Of a DNA stretch of 64,000 bases, positions 30,379 to 40,648 are shown in pieces. Both the position numbers and the translations under genes were made by a program. The notes below the pieces were generated by a model. The model was not told the origin of the DNA. It ran no database searches and saw nothing but the letters and a program-made list of their open reading frames with translations. This DNA comes from Ignavibacteriota bacterium. GTDB lineage: Bacteria; Bacteroidota; Ignavibacteria; UBA10030. Numbering within the stretch: position 1 is the first letter of the stretch; the number at the start of each line of letters is the position of its first letter. The stretch covers positions 608,001 through 672,000 of the forward strand of contig OY969585.1 of assembly GCA_963701295.1 (NCBI GenBank), written 5' to 3'.

Positions 30379-31047
30379 TTACGGGGACGTTAGATTTTTG
30401 TCGGTTCCGCTCTTTGGATCCTCTGCTTTTAATGAAGAACCCATAAATTCCGGAGCAGAAACGTATCCTTCACTGCTAATCCCTTCCCGGCGAAGAACCT
30501 TCAAGAATGTCTTCGCGATAATATACATATCCAGTTTGAACGATTGGTGGTCTACGTACCAAACATCAAGCTTAAATTTTTCTTCCCAGGCAAGATCGTT
30601 GCGTCCATTAATTTGTACCCACCCTGTAATCCCGGGCATAACTTCATGGCGGCGTGCCTGTTCAGGAGTATACCGCTCCAGATACGGCATGATCAGCGGC
30701 CTCGGGCCGACGACGCTCATATCTCCTTTGAGCACGTTCCATATCTCGGGGAGCTCGTCGAGACTGAGACTGCGCAAAATTCTGCCAACGGGAGTAATGC
30801 GTTGCTCATCCGGCAGGAGACTGCCGTTTGCATCCCGCTGTTCGGTCATCGTTCGGAATTTGCAAATGATAAAGGGCTTTCCCATGAATCCTGGGCGTCT
30901 CTGCCGTAACATCACCGGCGAGCCGATCATAATTCTCAAGACTACATAAATCAGCAGAAGGAATGGCCAGATAAGAAGTAAAGCCAATAATGCCGCTGAG
31001 AGATCAAACATCCTTTTACTATACTGTCTGTAAACTTTGCTGCTCAT
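30379..31047 (-). CDS. pglC: Priming undecaprenyl-phosphate phosphoglycosyltransferase, PglC-like
   Basis: Motifs KRMFDL, KFRTM, SLDELPE, GDMSVVGPRP, RHEVMPGITGW and KFKLDVWYVDH. Confidence 0.9.
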   Translation of the reverse strand: MSSKVYRQYSKRMFDLSAALLALLLIWPFLLLIYVVLRIMIGSPVMLRQRRPGFMGKPFIICKFRTMTEQRDANGSLLPDEQRITPVGRILRSLSLDELPEIWNVLKGDMSVVGPRPLIMPYLERYTPEQARRHEVMPGITGWVQINGRNDLAWEEKFKLDVWYVDHQSFKLDMYIIAKTFLKVLRREGISSEGYVSAPEFMGSSLKAEDPKSGTDKNLTSP

Positions 31048-31117
31048 TGAATATACTATGATAGTTGTGATAGTGTTAAATCGGTTTCATACATTTTTTG
31101 TCTGACTGCTCTGAGTA

Positions 31118-31771
31118 TCATTGCGGGATGGGTCTAGCAGGATTTCCAAAAACGTGTGATTTGGCAGGCAAAGATCGAATGACACACGACCCTGCTCCAA
31201 TCACGGTATCATCTCCGATGATGATCGGTTTTGTTGCTGTACTATTGACGATGACAGTACCTGCTCCAATGAAAACTCGCTTACCGATAATGACGGATCC
31301 GGCAATGCAAACATCCGGCCCAACAATAGAGTAGTCACCGATGACATCATTGTGTCCTATGGTCGCATGAAAGAGGATCGCTACATGCTGTCCGAGAACA
31401 ACGTCGGTGGTTAAAACACATCCGGCACAGATGATGCTGCCGATTCCCAAATCAACCGAAGAAGATAGTATAACACTTGGATGTACAAAGGTCTCAAAAG
31501 TCAAGCCTGCTTCCAGCACTTTTTTCGCTAATTGTTCTCTTACGTTTGGACCGCCAACAGCAATAATCACCCGTGCATCTGGAAATGTTCGAGCAACATG
31601 TGTCAGAGTGAATACCGGACTCCCATTGACTTGCCGGACTTGGCCCGGGTCGTCATCGATAAAACCTAGATACTGGTACTGCTTCTCCGACCAATGAGAC
31701 TCTCTGACCAACCACGCCACCTCGCGGCCCATCCCCCCAGCGCCATAAATCGCAACCTTGATTTTTTCCAT
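31118..31771 (-). CDS. NeuD/PglD-family acetyltransferase (second copy)
   Basis: Motifs IYGAGGMGRE, GFIDD, hexapeptide repeats, IGHN and FGNPA. Confidence 0.88.
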   Translation of the reverse strand: MEKIKVAIYGAGGMGREVAWLVRESHWSEKQYQYLGFIDDDPGQVRQVNGSPVFTLTHVARTFPDARVIIAVGGPNVREQLAKKVLEAGLTFETFVHPSVILSSSVDLGIGSIICAGCVLTTDVVLGQHVAILFHATIGHNDVIGDYSIVGPDVCIAGSVIIGKRVFIGAGTVIVNSTATKPIIIGDDTVIGAGSCVIRSLPAKSHVFGNPARPIPQ

Positions 31772-31865
31772 GATAAGAAGTAATCCTCTCTTATAATCTG
31801 AACTTCTAAAGTAAATTCTTCTCTCAATCTAAATCATCGGGATCAGAATGACATTTTTCCCTTTT

Positions 31866-31896
31866 GTCATTCCCGCGGATTGTATGCGGAAATCTA
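31866..31896 (+). repeat. REP-like palindromic element
   Basis: GTCATTCCCGCG-gattgtat-GCGGAAATCTA resembles the GTCATTCCCGCG...GCGGGAATC class of extragenic palindromes. Only one copy was seen in this window. Confidence 0.4.
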
Positions 31897-31910
31897 AAGA
31901 CTCCCTGACT

Positions 31911-32309
31911 TCACGTGACACCGGTATTTCTCTTCCAAATCCTGACAAACAAGAATATGACTGCGATGTTCGCCGACCACATCACGATCTCAAGCCACAT
32001 CCATTCATTCCACATATCAAATCCTTTATTCTGTCCATGCATGACTAAATCGATAGAGAGATGCAAGGCAGACATAGGAATATACCACAGTATTTTGCTG
32101 ATCGACCCTGTATGCGCACTATAATAAAGTTTCCAAGAATCGTGTTCAGCCCGAAATCCATACCATCCTATCAGGTCAGGCGCTCCTCCAAGTAACGCTC
32201 CAAGCAGTACAAGCAGCCAAAGGGGAGAGGCTTTACTGCAAAGACGCGAAATAAAAGGCGCTAACATCATCAATGCGCCCTGGGTCGTATGACATATCGG
32301 ATCTGCCAT
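31911..32309 (-). CDS. Small membrane protein, possibly a YdjM-like metal-dependent hydrolase
   Basis: Several hydrophobic helices with H..QG, APDL, H and HLSID residues spaced as in YdjM-type proteins. Confidence 0.5.
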   Translation of the reverse strand: MADPICHTTQGALMMLAPFISRLCSKASPLWLLVLLGALLGGAPDLIGWYGFRAEHDSWKLYYSAHTGSISKILWYIPMSALHLSIDLVMHGQNKGFDMWNEWMWLEIVMWSANIAVIFLFVRIWKRNTGVT

Positions 32310-32436
32310 TTCTACTTCATTCTTAAATGATATTATCTATTTCCCAACGTCATTCCATTTATTTTGAGGAACGATATATACTATTTAATAATTTGCAGTT
32401 ATGCCATAGGCTATTATAAAATCTATTCATACGTAT

Positions 32437-33594
32437 CTATTGAAAACGATTATAAAATGCAATTTGATCGGAAACAATACATCTTTGATCAAATTCCGCC
32501 TGAATCCTTTCTTGCGCGCTTTGCCCCATTTGTATTCTTAGAGACTCAGAGCGTAAAAGCACCTCGAGTTTACCCGCGAGCTCTTTCACATCGCAAATTG
32601 GCACGATATACCCTGTCTTTCCATCAACCACAGCAATCTCACACCCAGACGTTGCTGTGATAATCGAGGGTTTCCCCATTGCACCTGCTTCAATAGGGAT
32701 ACGAGGAAATCCTTCATGATGTGAAGGATGAACAACAATGTCGACCGCCGCCATAGCAAGAGGAATATCATGCTGGAAACCAGTGAAAACAACTTGAGCG
32801 CCAAAAGGTGACTGCTTAACGAGATCTTTAAGGAGATGAATTGTCTTTTGATCGTTGTCTGTTGAAAGGACATCTCCGACATATACTAACTGAACTTGAA
32901 TATCGTGCTCTCGTAATTCAGAAAAAGCATAGAAGAGATCGATGATGCCTTTTGCTCCTATCATTCTTCCATAGAATCCTATAGTGAGGATCTCGGATTT
33001 TAGTTGAAACCTTTTGCGAAACTCTTCTATCGCTAGAGCGCTTATTCTGTCAGGGCTAAACACCTCCAAATCAACACCAAATTCATGACGCAGACAGACT
33101 ATCTTTCTCTTTGGCACAAGTACAAACTTTCTAAGTACCTGAAAATCCGAATCGTTAATGGTTATAAAAAGATCCACCATCCAGGAAGTGAGCCATTCTG
33201 TTAAGAAATAAAATGCAGAAAAATTCCATGGTACTCCATTGCCAATAATTGCACCAACAACCGAGTGAACAACTGCAACTTTTCGAATGCCTACCCCAGC
33301 GAACCGCGACAGCAATCCGGCTTTTGGTGTATAGCTATGAATAATATTGATTTTTTCTTCCAAAATTATTCTGCGAAGCGCTCCAATCGCCTTTGGAAGT
33401 GTAAAGGTAACATTGCGAAGATCGATTGGCAGAAGATGATGAACAAAGCCTGACTCCTGCATCTTTTGCAGACCCTCTCCAGGTCCAGAAGCAAACTGAA
33501 CTTGCCATCCCATAGACTTGAGTGCTTGTGCCAAAGGAAATATAAAACGCACTGCGGTTATCGGAACACGTGTCACAAAAAGGATTTTGCTCAT
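32437..33594 (-). CDS. GT4 glycosyltransferase (PglA-like)
   Basis: Motifs HSYTPKAGL, GRMIGAKG, PSHHEGFPRIPIEA and VVDGKTG. Confidence 0.88.
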   Translation of the reverse strand: MSKILFVTRVPITAVRFIFPLAQALKSMGWQVQFASGPGEGLQKMQESGFVHHLLPIDLRNVTFTLPKAIGALRRIILEEKINIIHSYTPKAGLLSRFAGVGIRKVAVVHSVVGAIIGNGVPWNFSAFYFLTEWLTSWMVDLFITINDSDFQVLRKFVLVPKRKIVCLRHEFGVDLEVFSPDRISALAIEEFRKRFQLKSEILTIGFYGRMIGAKGIIDLFYAFSELREHDIQVQLVYVGDVLSTDNDQKTIHLLKDLVKQSPFGAQVVFTGFQHDIPLAMAAVDIVVHPSHHEGFPRIPIEAGAMGKPSIITATSGCEIAVVDGKTGYIVPICDVKELAGKLEVLLRSESLRIQMGQSAQERIQAEFDQRCIVSDQIAFYNRFQ

Positions 33595-33604
33595 GCTATT
33601 TTTA

Positions 33605-34504
33605 TTAGGTATCGAGACCAGGTAATTTTATATGAGATATGTACTGAATTTCACGGTTGAAGTGATTGAGTAGATTCTTATCGTCGATTAAACTATTTCT
33701 TCGTGTGAGAAGTATATCCATCTTACCGAGAGCCGAAAGAATACGGACGATCACTGATTTGCAATACGATTTGCACGTCATAAGCGCGATTTCCCAATGG
33801 TCAAACCACAAAGAACCGTATTTTTTATACGATTGACGTTGAAGCACATAGTCACCGAGAAGTTTCCCTGTGGTAAAATTATTCCCTTCCCGGTAATAGT
33901 AAAGAGGCTCGCTCATAACATAAATGTTCAAGTCATTTTTTGAAAAGGCCTGTACCCACAGTTCAAAATCCTGCCCTCTCTGAGATAGAACGTAGGGGTT
34001 GCGTAAAAACCATGATTTTCTCCCAAGTATTGCGCCATGGCAAATTGCGTGACGACCGAGCAGAAGCTGACGTCCTGTTATGGAATCATCCGGCGAACCA
34101 GATCGAATGCCGATGGGACGACTGTCGTTCGTGATTGAGCATACTCCCGTCGTCACCAAATTTATTTCCGGATGGTTATTGAGAATTGCCGCCTGTTTTT
34201 CGAATCGTGTTGGAGAAATCAAGTCATCGGCATCCATCCGTCCGACCAGGTCGAATTTTGCTTCCGCTACGATCTGGTTGAGACGGGATGGGAGGCGCTT
34301 GTTTTGTCCATCAGAAATAACTCGGACACGTGAATCTTTGACAGAATGGGCAATCTCAAGTGACCGATCAGTGGATCCGTCATCGACAAGTAGAAGTTCC
34401 CAGTCTTGATAGGTCTGAGCGAAAACAGAACGTATAGCGTCGGCTAAATACGCCTCTGCATTAAAAAATGGAATTCCGATAGTAATTGGCACAGATGCCC
34501 TCAT
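33605..34504 (-). CDS. GT2 glycosyltransferase
   Basis: Motifs IGIPFFNAE, VDDGSTD, RMDADD, QDFELW and YYYR. Confidence 0.9.
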   Translation of the reverse strand: MRASVPITIGIPFFNAEAYLADAIRSVFAQTYQDWELLLVDDGSTDRSLEIAHSVKDSRVRVISDGQNKRLPSRLNQIVAEAKFDLVGRMDADDLISPTRFEKQAAILNNHPEINLVTTGVCSITNDSRPIGIRSGSPDDSITGRQLLLGRHAICHGAILGRKSWFLRNPYVLSQRGQDFELWVQAFSKNDLNIYVMSEPLYYYREGNNFTTGKLLGDYVLQRQSYKKYGSLWFDHWEIALMTCKSYCKSVIVRILSALGKMDILLTRRNSLIDDKNLLNHFNREIQYISHIKLPGLDT

Positions 34505-34520
34505 GAGATGAAAATATTAT

Positions 34521-35591
34521 CTAAAACAAAAGAGATGGATTGAATTTATAGGGAATAAGATTACTCCAGGCTGTAGTGGTCATCATATAAAAGACGAGAT
34601 AGCCTATGACAAAGATATAACCAACGACGAACCTCGACAATCGATCGGGAATATTTTTGAAAACGATCGGCCACAAAAACACAGCGGCTACGTTGAAATA
34701 GAGACTATAACGAAGGAGACCGGATGGATTCGTACTTAATACCATCGAAACCACGCTTATCATCATGCCGAATAAATACATATTGAGGAACCTATCATAT
34801 TGGGCCCGATCGATATGGATAGATTTCTTAAAGAGGAAGAAAAAGATGCCTAACACAGAGGTGAAACCGATCATAAAGTATCCCCCACCTCTACCGACAG
34901 CTCCATAAGCTTCGTATCGTGTATCAATCGAAGAAGCAAACGCTAAGATATTTTCATAAAACACTGCCGAGGTGAGCCCTACTAATACAATGATCAGATT
35001 GATCCTGAATGTATTTGCCTTATTAAAAATAAAATACACCGGCAACATCATGATGGCTGTCTTGTGAAAAAGATAGGCGAGAAAAACATAGATGCAGTAT
35101 TTTATGAATTTCCTTTCCAATAACGGACTGAGCGCTAACGCGTAAATAGCACAGGCGATCCCCTGTCGAGCCCCATTGAGACAGAATGAATAAATTCCCA
35201 TAGCAATATAGACGAAGAATGAAATTTCAATTGCATCGGAATGTGCAACGATAGACCGTTGATAACAAATGACTACAATGATTGCAATAGTGAAAAAGAA
35301 AGTTATATATTCATTTGAAATGAAGTGTATCAGCCAAATCATGACCCAGAAACCATATTCTCCCATCTTTTTTCCAACAGTGTCGACATCTTCAAGGGTT
35401 TTCACTTTATTGAAATAGCTTACATAATCTCCCGTATCTGTTCCCACACTTCGATCTCGCAAACCTGCCACAAGAACCATCGAAGTGAAAGCAACACCGA
35501 GCAATAATCGCGACAGGATGACGGATTTTGATTTTCTTGCCAGAAATGCAGCCAGAACAACAATAAAGAGGTTTATAAAATAGACCAGCAT
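34521..35591 (-). CDS. wzy: EpsG-family polysaccharide polymerase (Wzy)
   Basis: Polytopic membrane protein with GLRD.SVGTDT..Y, E.GF, NGARQGIA and FHKTA. Confidence 0.8.
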   Translation of the reverse strand: MLVYFINLFIVVLAAFLARKSKSVILSRLLLGVAFTSMVLVAGLRDRSVGTDTGDYVSYFNKVKTLEDVDTVGKKMGEYGFWVMIWLIHFISNEYITFFFTIAIIVVICYQRSIVAHSDAIEISFFVYIAMGIYSFCLNGARQGIACAIYALALSPLLERKFIKYCIYVFLAYLFHKTAIMMLPVYFIFNKANTFRINLIIVLVGLTSAVFYENILAFASSIDTRYEAYGAVGRGGGYFMIGFTSVLGIFFFLFKKSIHIDRAQYDRFLNMYLFGMMISVVSMVLSTNPSGLLRYSLYFNVAAVFLWPIVFKNIPDRLSRFVVGYIFVIGYLVFYMMTTTAWSNLIPYKFNPSLLF

Positions 35592-35759
35592 TTCGACTCT
35601 TCAAAATAATTAATGGATTGAGAGTAAACACCGTATTCAGCCCTATCAGACAGATCGTATTGTATCGTCATTTTTCCATCCATCGATGTTTGGTTTCAAA
35701 AGAAATTCTCTAGTGAAGAACCTTCGATTTCATGTCTGTTGCAATGAAAACGAATCACA

Positions 35760-36782
35760 TTATTCAATGACAAAAGAATTGAAAACAGACTTGCCCTTGC
35801 GGTAGCAATCCCGTGCAAAGAACCAAAAAACACGACGGACTTTGGCGAAGGAGGAGCCGCGAATCGCCCGATAGAAATCTCTCGTTTTCCAGGAAAGCGC
35901 ATTGTGCGAATTAAGATATGTCCAATGCTCATCCGTAAGGCGATTCCGGATCAACTCCATCACTCTCCCTCTGTGAGATTCGTCGATAGTATCATGAAGC
36001 CCACGAAAGACATTCAACTGGGATTGAAGCACTACACTTCGATATTCCTCGTAGAGATTTTTTGAAATTAAGAAATCTCGAATCATGTCAAAAATGAAAA
36101 TCCTGTCTGTTATTTTCCAATCCGTCCGATACGTCGTTGCGGATGGTTGAATGCGATAGTAATAAAGTTTTTCCGGAAGAATCATCGGTTTCTGAGCAAG
36201 AAGTACCAGCTGCCAGTGGACAAAAATATCTTCGTAGATACGTCCTTCAGGAAACTTGATGTTATTTGAGCGGACAAAATCTGTGCGAACACATTTTGTC
36301 CAGACCACTCCCATTTGCTGTAAGAGCATTTTTCTGTCCGAAGATCTCAATTCAGACAACGTGGCAGACGCTAAAGTGCTCGAGGAAATTTCGCGAATAT
36401 CTTTGAATTTCATAAAATCATAAATCACCATATCGGAATTATGACTCTTGGCAAGTTCATAGGCTTTGCGACATAAGTCTCTGTCTATGATATCATCCGA
36501 GTCGACAAAAACGATATACTCTCCGGTAACCTGTGATAATGCTCGATTGCGGGCAATGGCCTGTCCTTCATTGGCTTTGTCGATAACCTTGATACGTGAA
36601 TCTTTTTCGGCATACTCTCGAAGAATCGCTAACGAACCATCCTTCGATCCGTCGTTCACGCAGATGATTTCTATTTCGCGGAGTGTCTGATTCACAACAG
36701 AATCCAAACACTCGCGAATGTACCGTTCCACGTTGTACACGGGCATAATAATTGAGACACATATGGAGGGTCTATCGTTCAT
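35760..36782 (-). CDS. GT2 glycosyltransferase
   Basis: Motifs SIIMPVYNVE, VNDGSKD, ARN, FVDSDD, YED and YYYR. Confidence 0.9.
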   Translation of the reverse strand: MNDRPSICVSIIMPVYNVERYIRECLDSVVNQTLREIEIICVNDGSKDGSLAILREYAEKDSRIKVIDKANEGQAIARNRALSQVTGEYIVFVDSDDIIDRDLCRKAYELAKSHNSDMVIYDFMKFKDIREISSSTLASATLSELRSSDRKMLLQQMGVVWTKCVRTDFVRSNNIKFPEGRIYEDIFVHWQLVLLAQKPMILPEKLYYYRIQPSATTYRTDWKITDRIFIFDMIRDFLISKNLYEEYRSVVLQSQLNVFRGLHDTIDESHRGRVMELIRNRLTDEHWTYLNSHNALSWKTRDFYRAIRGSSFAKVRRVFWFFARDCYRKGKSVFNSFVIE

Positions 36783-36808
36783 TCTCGAGAAATCTCATTC
36801 ATACAGAA

Positions 36809-38074
36809 CTATGCATTTCCACTATGACCGGTCGCTTGTTTCAAAGCTTCTTCAAGATACCGCAGCGATTTTGCACGCTCTCCCTCTAACATGGTTTCCG
36901 CTTTCGAAAAATCCATTTTCAACGGATCTTCAAGAATCGGCATTTCAGACTTCATCAGTCGTGATGTAAGCCCCAGGAGACTCAGAATACTATAGATGCG
37001 GGTGGCCATCGATGCCGTGCTAAAAGAACCGGGGCGTTCGAAAACATAGAACGGCCTCTTGAAGTTTATAGAAAATATAGTGCCATGAAACGAATCCGTG
37101 CAGACAAGACTTGCATTCTTTACAAGCCCCAGAAATTCTGCTGGGCCGGCATCACTGCAATTTATTGTGTTCGGTCCTTCCATATCACGGTGATCGCGAG
37201 AGACTACAACGAGGCGAAATCCTGTTTGATTACCCAATTTTATTGCGAGGTCCCTGTACACCTGTCCTTCACCTAAGAAATAACATAAGATATACGGTCC
37301 CTGTATATCCGGTTCTATGGCAATGTGATTCCATTGATCATAGTTTAACAACAATGTCGGGTCAAGAACAACTTCGGCATTTCTTCCAGTGAGTTCCTTT
37401 ATCAGATCAGCACCTTGTTTTTCCCGTGAAGATAAGTATGGGATACCATGAATGAATTCTGCCATCTCCGTGCGGAACTTATCAGGAATTTTCGGAATCG
37501 CGATACTGGGGGCATAGGAAATCCTTTTAGCCTTGGGAGCAAAATCCAGGAAATAGGCAGGTTCGTTTCGAGCCTGATCGGGATTCTTGCACATGAACGG
37601 ATTCCATATTTGATCGCTGCCACAAACATACGCATCGTACTGCGGGGAGGATTTTTTCAGTGCTTCGCTCAATGTATAATGATGTTCGGACAGTTTTATA
37701 TACTTACGACGAAAGGAATCAAATCTCGTCTTCCGCAATCCAATAGAGCCATGCGAATGCATAGGAGGCAAAACATCTCCACGATTCTTAATGAAAAGAC
37801 TAAAGTAGTACCGGAAATCCCGTATGTAGAGAGGCATCCGCATAATTCTTCGTCCTATTGACTTTACCAGATATCTTGTTTTCGAAGGAATAGGAGTTGG
37901 ATCAAAATCAATAATTTGACATTCGTAACCAAAACGATCGATTGTCTCTTGAAGTGCATAAGCCAAGAGCACTCCACCGATATTATCGACATAGTGGATC
38001 GTTATCATACCTATTTTTTTCTTTATACTAATTTCATATTCCTTTCGCTTTTTTGTCTTTTCATCCCGGCTCAT
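36809..38074 (-). CDS. Polysaccharide pyruvyl transferase family protein
   Basis: Motifs NIGGVLLAYAL, CGSDQIWNP, SYAPS, SSRE, VLDPTLLL and TDSFHGTIFSI. Confidence 0.88.
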   Translation of the reverse strand: MSRDEKTKKRKEYEISIKKKIGMITIHYVDNIGGVLLAYALQETIDRFGYECQIIDFDPTPIPSKTRYLVKSIGRRIMRMPLYIRDFRYYFSLFIKNRGDVLPPMHSHGSIGLRKTRFDSFRRKYIKLSEHHYTLSEALKKSSPQYDAYVCGSDQIWNPFMCKNPDQARNEPAYFLDFAPKAKRISYAPSIAIPKIPDKFRTEMAEFIHGIPYLSSREKQGADLIKELTGRNAEVVLDPTLLLNYDQWNHIAIEPDIQGPYILCYFLGEGQVYRDLAIKLGNQTGFRLVVVSRDHRDMEGPNTINCSDAGPAEFLGLVKNASLVCTDSFHGTIFSINFKRPFYVFERPGSFSTASMATRIYSILSLLGLTSRLMKSEMPILEDPLKMDFSKAETMLEGERAKSLRYLEEALKQATGHSGNA

Positions 38075-38145
38075 TTTTGTTCATGCTTCGATGGTATTAT
38101 ATCCTTTTGTAGAATGGAAATTCAAAAGAAATCATGCCGACGTTT

Positions 38146-39384
38146 TTATTTATCTGCTTGAAGTCGATTTTGATAAATTTGAAGCAGATTGTTCAGAGAG
38201 GATTGAATCGAAAATGGACTCTTTTGAACAAGGGCAATTCCTTCTTGTACAGGTATTTTCTTCGAGACAGCTTTCTCGATTTCGTCTGCCCATTCTGTGA
38301 GACTTGCATGCAGGGATACAGTATTTACGCGTTCAGAAAAGCGCCCAGTGAAATCTTTTGTGATTGTGTCGGAACATACCGTGTATAATCCGCTTGCCAC
38401 AGCCTCTAATCCTACGACAGGCAGCCCTTCATACAGCGACGGAAGTACATGCATATCGAACCCGTGAACCATCAAAGAAGGTACATCGTTGAACAGACCG
38501 GGCAAAAATACTCGATGCTGAAGATTTTGTTTTTTTACCATCCGATCGAGAATCGGTCGGAGAGGACCATCGCCAGCCATGAAAAGATGGTACCGCTCGT
38601 TTCTCTTCGCGAGTTCAGCAAAAACTTTCAGGAGGAAGAAATGGTTCTTGACGCGATTGTGCCACATGCTGCCGGCGTGTCCGACAATGATTGCATCGTT
38701 AGGAATTCCATGTGATCTTCGAAAATCATTTCGGGTCCACTTCTTTCTGGCTTCATCAAAACGCTCAAGCGAAACGCCGCAATAGAGCACTTTGCATCGC
38801 TTGTCTCTATCCCAGTGATCTGATACCAGAAACCGTCCAGATTCGTTACTTGCAGCGAGGATATCACTCGCGTACTCAAGAATTCGTTGTCGATCGAGCG
38901 TTCGAAATCGTACTCCTCGCACCCACAATTCTGGATTCCTGCGAAATCTTCCTATCCCTGTCGTATGACAATGCGCAATACGCACTCGTACACCGCAATT
39001 CGCTGCCTTCTTGACGGCATCACCAAGAAATTCTGTGCCATGGGCATGAAAAACGTGATAGTTGCCTCCAGCGAGCACCTCTTCAAGGGTAGAGTCGCTT
39101 TTGCCGAGACCGATAATATTCAGCCGTTTCTGGAGACGGTTTGTCGGCCGAGTTGTAAAAATTTTGCATCCGTAGCTCTTCGCTTCATCCTCGTATGTAC
39201 CGCCGGGTGTTGAGACAATAAAATCAAAATGCATGGCGTCGGAGCGCTGACGCAATACGTTCATCAGCCAGGTTTCAATCCCACCTCTATTCAAACTCCC
39301 GACGAAGTGTAGTACACGAAGTTGTCCGTTATTCAATACAAAACCCTCGAAAGATTTACTTTCATCGGTACATGCATTCATCAT
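38146..39384 (-). CDS. GT4 glycosyltransferase (EpsF-like)
   Basis: Motifs LNRGGIETWL, RIAHCH, KNH.FL, GDGPL and PSLYEGLPVVGLEA. Confidence 0.88.
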   Translation of the reverse strand: MMNACTDESKSFEGFVLNNGQLRVLHFVGSLNRGGIETWLMNVLRQRSDAMHFDFIVSTPGGTYEDEAKSYGCKIFTTRPTNRLQKRLNIIGLGKSDSTLEEVLAGGNYHVFHAHGTEFLGDAVKKAANCGVRVRIAHCHTTGIGRFRRNPELWVRGVRFRTLDRQRILEYASDILAASNESGRFLVSDHWDRDKRCKVLYCGVSLERFDEARKKWTRNDFRRSHGIPNDAIIVGHAGSMWHNRVKNHFFLLKVFAELAKRNERYHLFMAGDGPLRPILDRMVKKQNLQHRVFLPGLFNDVPSLMVHGFDMHVLPSLYEGLPVVGLEAVASGLYTVCSDTITKDFTGRFSERVNTVSLHASLTEWADEIEKAVSKKIPVQEGIALVQKSPFSIQSSLNNLLQIYQNRLQADK

Positions 39385-39428
39385 TCAGCATGATACTAAA
39401 TCCATTGTGTTACTATGCCACATCATTC

Positions 39429-40421
39429 TCATCCACGTTTGACAGTGTTATCTGAGAGTTCTGTCAAGTGCAGTTTATCTCCATACTCAATTTCATATTG
39501 TGGGGGGGAAAATGGACCTGATCCACCGTGCGGATAAAATGTCATTTCACCGGCATAAACCTTACCACAAATATCATAAAGGTCAACTCGAACAAAGTCG
39601 AATGGACGTGACATTTTCCGAACGACTTCTATCATTTCCTCAAGGCATTTAGGCCGTGCCACTTTCTCATCAGAATTCTTTTTCACCAATTTCACAGGGA
39701 GCAAATTCCACTGTAGATCGTAGAAATTACGACGATGATCACCGAAACGATCAACATCAACATGAATCAGGAGCGGTTCCCCATTGAAGCACAAAAATTT
39801 GTAGTCCTTTGGTATTTGATTGTTGTCATCGAAGAGAACTTTTTCACATATAATACGTGGAGGAATATCCCTGTACGCCCACTCACAATCGAAGTAGTAA
39901 GCATTCACTTTTAAATGATGCTTCAAGATCCGCACTGCCTTTTTCTTGTCGAACGAGCTCTTGTCTAAACAGAAAACATTACCCCCGCTTGCATGGTTAA
40001 CCTTGAGCACGTAGGGAGCGGGAAGTTCATCAAACGGTATTTCGCTTGGTTGTTTATACACACCCAACAAGGGAATCAAATATTTTTCTCCAATTGTCTC
40101 CTTCACATATTCTCTTACAGCGTACTTATCGGCACACTTTACCATCAGAGGGTCGTGTTTGTGTAGTTTGATCCAAGCAATTTTCTCATTAAAAGTACGC
40201 GGGCTATCCAGATTTGGCGAAAAGCCGTAATTCTGAATGAAATGATCACTAACCACATCCCTTTCTCCTTCTCGTGCAATGCGCCTCTTCATCTTCCAAA
40301 TGTGGTACCGGTGATAGGGAAATTTTATATACGGATAAATAGTCCGACGAATTATGGAATCCAGCCCCTGCTGAATAATGGAAAAGACGCTTGAATTCTT
40401 CTTGATCACACGGGTTTCCAT
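39429..40421 (-). CDS. TupA-like ATP-grasp amidoligase
   Basis: Motifs PRTFNEKI.W.K, ADKYAVREYV, LKVNHASG, DYKFLCFNG, RVDLY and GEMTFYP.GG. Confidence 0.88.
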   Translation of the reverse strand: METRVIKKNSSVFSIIQQGLDSIIRRTIYPYIKFPYHRYHIWKMKRRIAREGERDVVSDHFIQNYGFSPNLDSPRTFNEKIAWIKLHKHDPLMVKCADKYAVREYVKETIGEKYLIPLLGVYKQPSEIPFDELPAPYVLKVNHASGGNVFCLDKSSFDKKKAVRILKHHLKVNAYYFDCEWAYRDIPPRIICEKVLFDDNNQIPKDYKFLCFNGEPLLIHVDVDRFGDHRRNFYDLQWNLLPVKLVKKNSDEKVARPKCLEEMIEVVRKMSRPFDFVRVDLYDICGKVYAGEMTFYPHGGSGPFSPPQYEIEYGDKLHLTELSDNTVKRG

Positions 40422-40648
40422 AAAAACATACCTTTCTTCATCCTTTGCATAGTCACATGAGAGTTTCGATACGAAAATAGCTGAACCTTAAAACAGCTAA
40501 TTTTTCTTGATGATTGCTCTCAACTTCAGGTTGGTGAATGATTAACATACGAACATCCCAATAATTTCCTCTTCAGTAATACGCTGCCTTTCATTGAAAT
40601 TCTCACGATGTGTAGAATCGATAGAATCTGAATTTCTACAGCGCAGAA

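Noticed and set aside
39502-39508. G7 tract in the TupA gene and A8 tract in upxY (59112-59119) as phase-variation switches
   Set aside because: The tracts are short, the frames are intact, and such runs are expected at this base composition.
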